Of a stretch of 64,000 bases of DNA, positions 59,731-64,000 are shown one piece after another. The notes under the pieces were generated by a model. That model made no database searches, was not told the DNA's origin, and was given only the letters and a program-made list of their open reading frames with translations. The translations under genes and the position numbers were made by a program. Numbering within the stretch: the stretch's first letter is position 1; every line of letters starts with the position of its first letter. The stretch comes from Candidatus Poribacteria bacterium (lineage in GTDB: Bacteria; Poribacteria; WGA-4E; WGA-3G): contig OZ243938.1 in assembly GCA_965214095.1 (NCBI GenBank), positions 4,160,001 to 4,224,000 on the forward strand, written 5' to 3'.

Positions 59731-59950
59731 AGTAAAGTTACTATATCCCGGTCAATAACCCCGTGCTAAAGCATCGGGGCTTGTGCGAAGCGCATGCCAA
59801 ACGTTCACTCCACAAGTTAAACTATTTTCTACAGTCATATATCGGGTGTTCTGAACGTGGCAGTCCAATGTATGTTTCGGATGCTCCCCAAGTCCGATTC
59901 CTCTACGAATACCCGATCTGGATGGGGCAATATATACTCTTCGGAGGTTT
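59731..59950 (+). ncRNA. omegaRNA (HEARO-like): ~20-nt guide plus ~200-nt scaffold
   Basis: Pairings CTTGTG/CACAAG and ATCGGGTGTTC/GAATACCCGAT; TCGGA-TGCTCCCCAAG-TCCGA with pseudoknot partner TGGGG; terminal CTC-TTCG-GAG. Confidence 0.78.
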
Positions 59951-61016
59951 ACACATCTTAGTTCCAGTAATAGACAAAAATCAACACCCTCTCATGCCTA
60001 CAAAACCCTCACGGGCGAGGCGTTGGATACAAACAGGGAAAGCGACACCCTTTTGGAATAATGGTATATTTTGCGTCCGACTAAATGTTGATCCATCAGA
60101 CACTGAACTCCAAGACATAGTGGTTGGTGTGGATCCTGGTAGTAAGAAAGAAGGCTTTAGTGTGAAATCAGAGAAACATACTTATCTGAATGTGCAAGCG
60201 GACGCACATAACAAGGTTGGTAAAAAGGTTGAAAAAAGACGTGAACTTCGTAGATGTAGGCGTTCACGGAAGTGTCCTAATCGGAAAAATAGGACAAACA
60301 AACTTGCTAACAGAGAACGTCTACCTGCTGGCACGCGTGCGAGATGGGATTGGAAGTTAAGGGTCCTTAATTGGTTATCTAAACTCTATCCTATTAGTCA
60401 TGTATGTGTAGAAGACATCAAAGCACGGACTATCAAATGCGCTAAAAAGTGGAATCAATCTTTTAGTCCATTGGAAGTTGGTAAGCAGTGGTTCTATACT
60501 GAAATCAAGAAGCGATGGCACCTGCTAACACTCCAAGGATACGAAACAAAGGAAATCCGTGATAGGCTTGGGTTGAAAAAGTCTAAACAGAAGTTAGCAG
60601 AAACCTTTGACACACATTGTGTGGATAGTTGGTGTCTTGCTTATCATACTGTCGGCGGTGATAGCATACCAGATACGACAGATATATTCTGTATATCACC
60701 CATACCGATAGCCAGACGCAATCTACACAGAGAACAACCGAAAAAAGGGGGTATCCGTTCACGATATGGTGGCACTTTGCTAAAAGAAGGATTGGTCAAG
60801 AACACACTTGTCAAGCATATCAAATATGGATTGACAAGATTAGCAGGTGTCAACGCAAAAGGATTGTTTTCAATCTATAGCATTGATGGGGAACGATTGA
60901 CAACGGGTGCAAAACAAAGAGATTTCAAGGTGTTAACTAAACTAAACTTTCAATATAGATAGGAACGGGCATTTCTCCCCGTGCTAAAGCAGCGGGGTCT
61001 CCTGCCCGATGATTAG
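59751..61016 (+). mobile_element. Non-autonomous IS200/IS605-superfamily element encoding IsrB
   Basis: Left end GTCAATAACCCCGTGCTAAAGCATCGGGG; right end CCCCGTGCTAAAGCAGCGGGG; no tnpA; exact ends approximate. Confidence 0.85.
59955..60962 (+). CDS. isrB: IsrB RNA-guided nickase (PLMP + RuvC, no HNH)
   Basis: VPVIDKNQHPLMP, RuvC-I VGVDPG, RRELRRCRR bridge helix, RuvC-II VEDI, RuvC-III HCVD; no HNH; ~335 aa. Confidence 0.87.
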   Translation: MLVPVIDKNQHPLMPTKPSRARRWIQTGKATPFWNNGIFCVRLNVDPSDTELQDIVVGVDPGSKKEGFSVKSEKHTYLNVQADAHNKVGKKVEKRRELRRCRRSRKCPNRKNRTNKLANRERLPAGTRARWDWKLRVLNWLSKLYPISHVCVEDIKARTIKCAKKWNQSFSPLEVGKQWFYTEIKKRWHLLTLQGYETKEIRDRLGLKKSKQKLAETFDTHCVDSWCLAYHTVGGDSIPDTTDIFCISPIPIARRNLHREQPKKGGIRSRYGGTLLKEGLVKNTLVKHIKYGLTRLAGVNAKGLFSIYSIDGERLTTGAKQRDFKVLTKLNFQYR

Positions 61017-61051
61017 ATGAACTACTTACTTTTATCAGAAGGAGTTGAAAA

Positions 61052-62395
61052 ATGAAACAGTTCTGTGTTTTGAAAGAACAGACATTTAGGGGAATAAAAC
61101 ACCCTACATTTTGTGCTTATTTTGGGTTTGCTGTGCTCATAAGCACGCTATTTCTTGCTGCATGCGGTGGAAAACTGGGAACGATTGAATCCCAGGATGT
61201 AGAAACTCAACTCCACCAAGCAGAACAGGAAGTAAGATCAGCGCGTGATGCAAATGCTCATTCTCTTGCCTTTGAAGAATTTGAAAAGGCAGAAACCTAT
61301 CTTGAGCAAGCGAAGGATGCATATAAAGAAAAGAATGGGGTAGATGCCCTCAAATATGCTAATCAAGCAATCGCGCATGCAAAGATAGCAAAACGAAAAG
61401 CAAATCAGAATACGACAAATGCTGAATATAACGCAAAAATACTTGAAAAAGACGCTCTGATCACTAAACTCAAAAAAGACCTAAGTTCCAATGAAAGAAA
61501 ACACAATGAATTAGAAACAGAGGTCCAACAACTTCGTGATACAGAGAAAGCACTCCAGAATAACATTAACACATTAGAAAACCGAAATCAGGAATTGGTG
61601 AATGATCAAAGAGAACTCCAACGAAAAGTATCGGAAGTTAATGAGTCTTTAGAATCAATTCGGGCAAGAGCCACCCGTTATGAGAACGAAGTCAAGACCT
61701 ATGGCAACCAGGTGAATGAACTCAAACGGAAGATTGATGTCACTGACACTATGATGAAATCTGCGAATAAGCAAAAACGTGCAGCAATTGCAGAAGCAGA
61801 AGCAGTCAGAAAACAGATACGTGAACAAGCAAAGATCTTCACTGATAAACTTGTAGCAGCAAATAAGAAGAATATTGCTACTGAGCATGCAGAATATTTA
61901 CGTAAAGCGGCTGCGGAAGCACGGGCTTTTGAAAAAGAACTTCACAGTAACGAACCTAAACGTACTGGTAGGACAACACTTTCTACACAACAGATCAATA
62001 CGGGGAAAACTGCACTCAATCAATGGGAGAGTGCTTGGAATAGCAAGAATCTTGACGCACATTTTGCTCATTACACTCCTGATATGGCAGCAAACAAGAT
62101 TGTTACGATAGAAAGTAAAGAGAATCAAAATAAACTTGATCGTGGACAACTGGAAACTGATCTCCGTAAGATGAATACTCAGAAATGGGAAAAATTTGAT
62201 AGTACCACTGAGGTAGAACAGGAAAGTGTCATCGGCACTTTTAAATATAGACGATTAGTTTCAGCTGCTGAAACCGAGGATGATACAGCATTGTATGATA
62301 TCTGGTTCCGTGAAATATGGATACATCAGGTGCAGGGAAAATGGAAAGCATATCGTGAGATATGGCAAATCTATAAGAATGTACCTAAATTCTAA
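61052..62395 (+). CDS. Lipoprotein: DUF4398-like helices, coiled coil and C-terminal NTF2-like domain
   Basis: Lipobox LAAC; heptads; WESAWNSKNLDAHFAHY...WKAYRE. Confidence 0.72.
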   Translation: MKQFCVLKEQTFRGIKHPTFCAYFGFAVLISTLFLAACGGKLGTIESQDVETQLHQAEQEVRSARDANAHSLAFEEFEKAETYLEQAKDAYKEKNGVDALKYANQAIAHAKIAKRKANQNTTNAEYNAKILEKDALITKLKKDLSSNERKHNELETEVQQLRDTEKALQNNINTLENRNQELVNDQRELQRKVSEVNESLESIRARATRYENEVKTYGNQVNELKRKIDVTDTMMKSANKQKRAAIAEAEAVRKQIREQAKIFTDKLVAANKKNIATEHAEYLRKAAAEARAFEKELHSNEPKRTGRTTLSTQQINTGKTALNQWESAWNSKNLDAHFAHYTPDMAANKIVTIESKENQNKLDRGQLETDLRKMNTQKWEKFDSTTEVEQESVIGTFKYRRLVSAAETEDDTALYDIWFREIWIHQVQGKWKAYREIWQIYKNVPKF

Positions 62396-62407
62396 GGAGT
62401 CATGTAA

Positions 62408-63808
62408 ATGAATAATTTTCAGAACAATTCAAAAATTTCCAAAGCAGATATCATCAAATGGGGTTCAATTCCTGCAATAGTTATCATTATCGCATTAGCA
62501 GGTGTTTTACTTACACGTTCAAGTGAAACTTCTTCTGGTTTTTTGGCAAAATGGAAAAGTGCAATGGAATCTGGCAGTCTTGAAAGTTATGATGCTCTTT
62601 GGTCAAAGAACGCACGCGAGCAAATAGATTCAGGTTATCAAGACACAACGCGACTTTTTGCTGAAAACTTCGTTATTGAAGTGAATATTGCAAATGCTGT
62701 TGATAGAACAAGAAAAGTAGCACAATTTCCAAACTATCTACAGATTGAGGAAATACCTATACTCATCCATGCAATCGGTGAGCCGAGACTTCAATCAAGG
62801 ACATTAACTATCGCAAAAGAAGGATTCATCAGGCAACATTGGAAACTGATTAGTGATGAGGTCGTTAGAGAGGAGATCGGGGGTGATCTTTCTGCTTTTG
62901 AAGCGGAAAGATCGGATGATACGCCATCTCAGGCTACCAGTCCTGCTGCAGGTATAGTCATGGAATGGAAAACAGCCCTTGAAAATGGGGATCAAAAGAA
63001 ATACACATCTCTTTGGGACAAAAGTGCACGTAAGAAGCGACAGAATAGTTATCAACTTGCACTTGACCTAATGTCTGACTCAGCAGATGTTGATATTAGT
63101 CATGCATCCTATAAGCTGCTTTCGAATGCAAAAACTCGACATGTGGTTGATAACATTAGCGTCACTACTTACAGTAATGGGACTCCTATTGAACCTCACT
63201 CCCGCACTCTAACTGTTGAGAAGAAAGGGTTTTTCGTTAGACGTTGGAAAATAATCGATGATGAAGTTGATGGTGATTATCTTTCTGACCAACCGATTCC
63301 TCAAGAAGAGAATCCGATCGTTGAACCTATACCTGAAGAGACATCCTCTGGTATCTATGAAGGAAATGCTCCGATTGATACACAGCTCAAAGTCAGTCAA
63401 ATACTTGGGAAATGGCAACAAGCGTGGGAAGATAAAGATATGGATACCTATATGTCTATCTATGCAGAAAGGGCATTAATCACACGTGTATCTGTCCGAA
63501 ATGGAAAGGAATCACATTCATATCTTACCAAGAAGCAACTGCATCAGAAAATGAAGCGGTTGAATGTTCATTATTCGGAAATTCAGGTTAAGATTTCTAA
63601 TCTTCAAATCAATGGTGATAGAGCAGTCGCAGATGTAGAGTTTTTACAAGAATTCAAGGGGATCCCCGCATCAGGTTCTCGTCCTGCATATTCCGATATA
63701 GGCACAAAAAAGTTGGATTTAATGATAGATCCTTCTGATGGTTATTGGAAGATATACGGTGAGACGTGGAGCCGTTACGAAGATGTGCCAAAATTTCCTA
63801 AGAACTAA
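62408..63808 (+). CDS. Membrane-anchored protein with three NTF2-like (Cds6_C-like) repeats
   Basis: WKSAME/WKTALE/WQQAWE starts, each ending in WK(L/I)I. Confidence 0.72.
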   Translation: MNNFQNNSKISKADIIKWGSIPAIVIIIALAGVLLTRSSETSSGFLAKWKSAMESGSLESYDALWSKNAREQIDSGYQDTTRLFAENFVIEVNIANAVDRTRKVAQFPNYLQIEEIPILIHAIGEPRLQSRTLTIAKEGFIRQHWKLISDEVVREEIGGDLSAFEAERSDDTPSQATSPAAGIVMEWKTALENGDQKKYTSLWDKSARKKRQNSYQLALDLMSDSADVDISHASYKLLSNAKTRHVVDNISVTTYSNGTPIEPHSRTLTVEKKGFFVRRWKIIDDEVDGDYLSDQPIPQEENPIVEPIPEETSSGIYEGNAPIDTQLKVSQILGKWQQAWEDKDMDTYMSIYAERALITRVSVRNGKESHSYLTKKQLHQKMKRLNVHYSEIQVKISNLQINGDRAVADVEFLQEFKGIPASGSRPAYSDIGTKKLDLMIDPSDGYWKIYGETWSRYEDVPKFPKN

Positions 63809-63868
63809 TATCTGACTGAATAACAGAGATTTACCCGATTTTAGTTCCAACAGCATGAGTTTGTCAAA

Positions 63869-64000
63869 ATGCACACAGAGTATCGCACGAAACGGAAGAT
63901 TGAGTTCACCGATACCGATATGGCAGGTATCGTCCATTTTTCAAGGTTCTTTGTGTTTATGGAGACAGCAGAACACGAATTCCTACGGAGTTTAGGTACA
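63869..64000 (+). CDS. Acyl-CoA thioesterase (YbgC/4-HBA-CoA type), 5' part
   Basis: Manual translation MHTEYRTKRKIEFTDTDMAGIVHFSRFFVFMETAEHEFL. Confidence 0.85.
   Translation, partial: MHTEYRTKRKIEFTDTDMAGIVHFSRFFVFMETAEHEFLRSLGT

Noticed and set aside
59763-59954. 64-aa N-terminal extension of IsrB
   Set aside because: Overlaps the IS end hairpin and the omegaRNA; homology and the RBS point to a start at ~59955
59955-60962. Calling the nuclease IscB, Cas9 or TnpB
   Set aside because: No HNH/CxxC insertion between RuvC-II and RuvC-III, no C-terminal zinc ribbon, and PLMP is present

Overview
A 64-kb, moderately AT-rich bacterial chromosomal segment. It is most likely Candidatus Poribacteria or a relative, inferred from LamG proteins ending in a KLxxxWGxxK tail, a WD40 lipoprotein, PQQ-type propellers and sulfatases. 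The window opens with the rnpA-yidD-yidC-jag-mnmE cluster, which here has an HNH gene where rpmH usually sits. It then carries sugar/sulfatase genes, larA-like/ubiX/ubiA, a chorismate lyase, a TonB-dependent receptor, an aroQ-DegT-YkgJ-DUF2156-thiN-like operon, a VWA-GATase/DUF4159/DUF4175 module, and stomatin, KamA and cyclophilin genes. Best candidate for an undescribed system: a co-oriented cluster (19868-28617) pairing an EhpF/LuxE-like adenylating enzyme and an EhpG/LuxC-like reductase with exported beta-propeller proteins. Other highlights: (2) an IsrB (HNH-less OMEGA nickase) element with both IS200/IS605 end hairpins, a compact omegaRNA and an ATC in place of the start codon; (3) an IS4-family insertion with an 18-20 bp target duplication splitting an oxidoreductase gene; (4) Correia-like TATAGT-ended MITEs carrying GTAG-REP hairpins, plus several other REP classes. 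No rRNA, tRNA or CRISPR array was seen. All family assignments come from motif recognition, not database searches.
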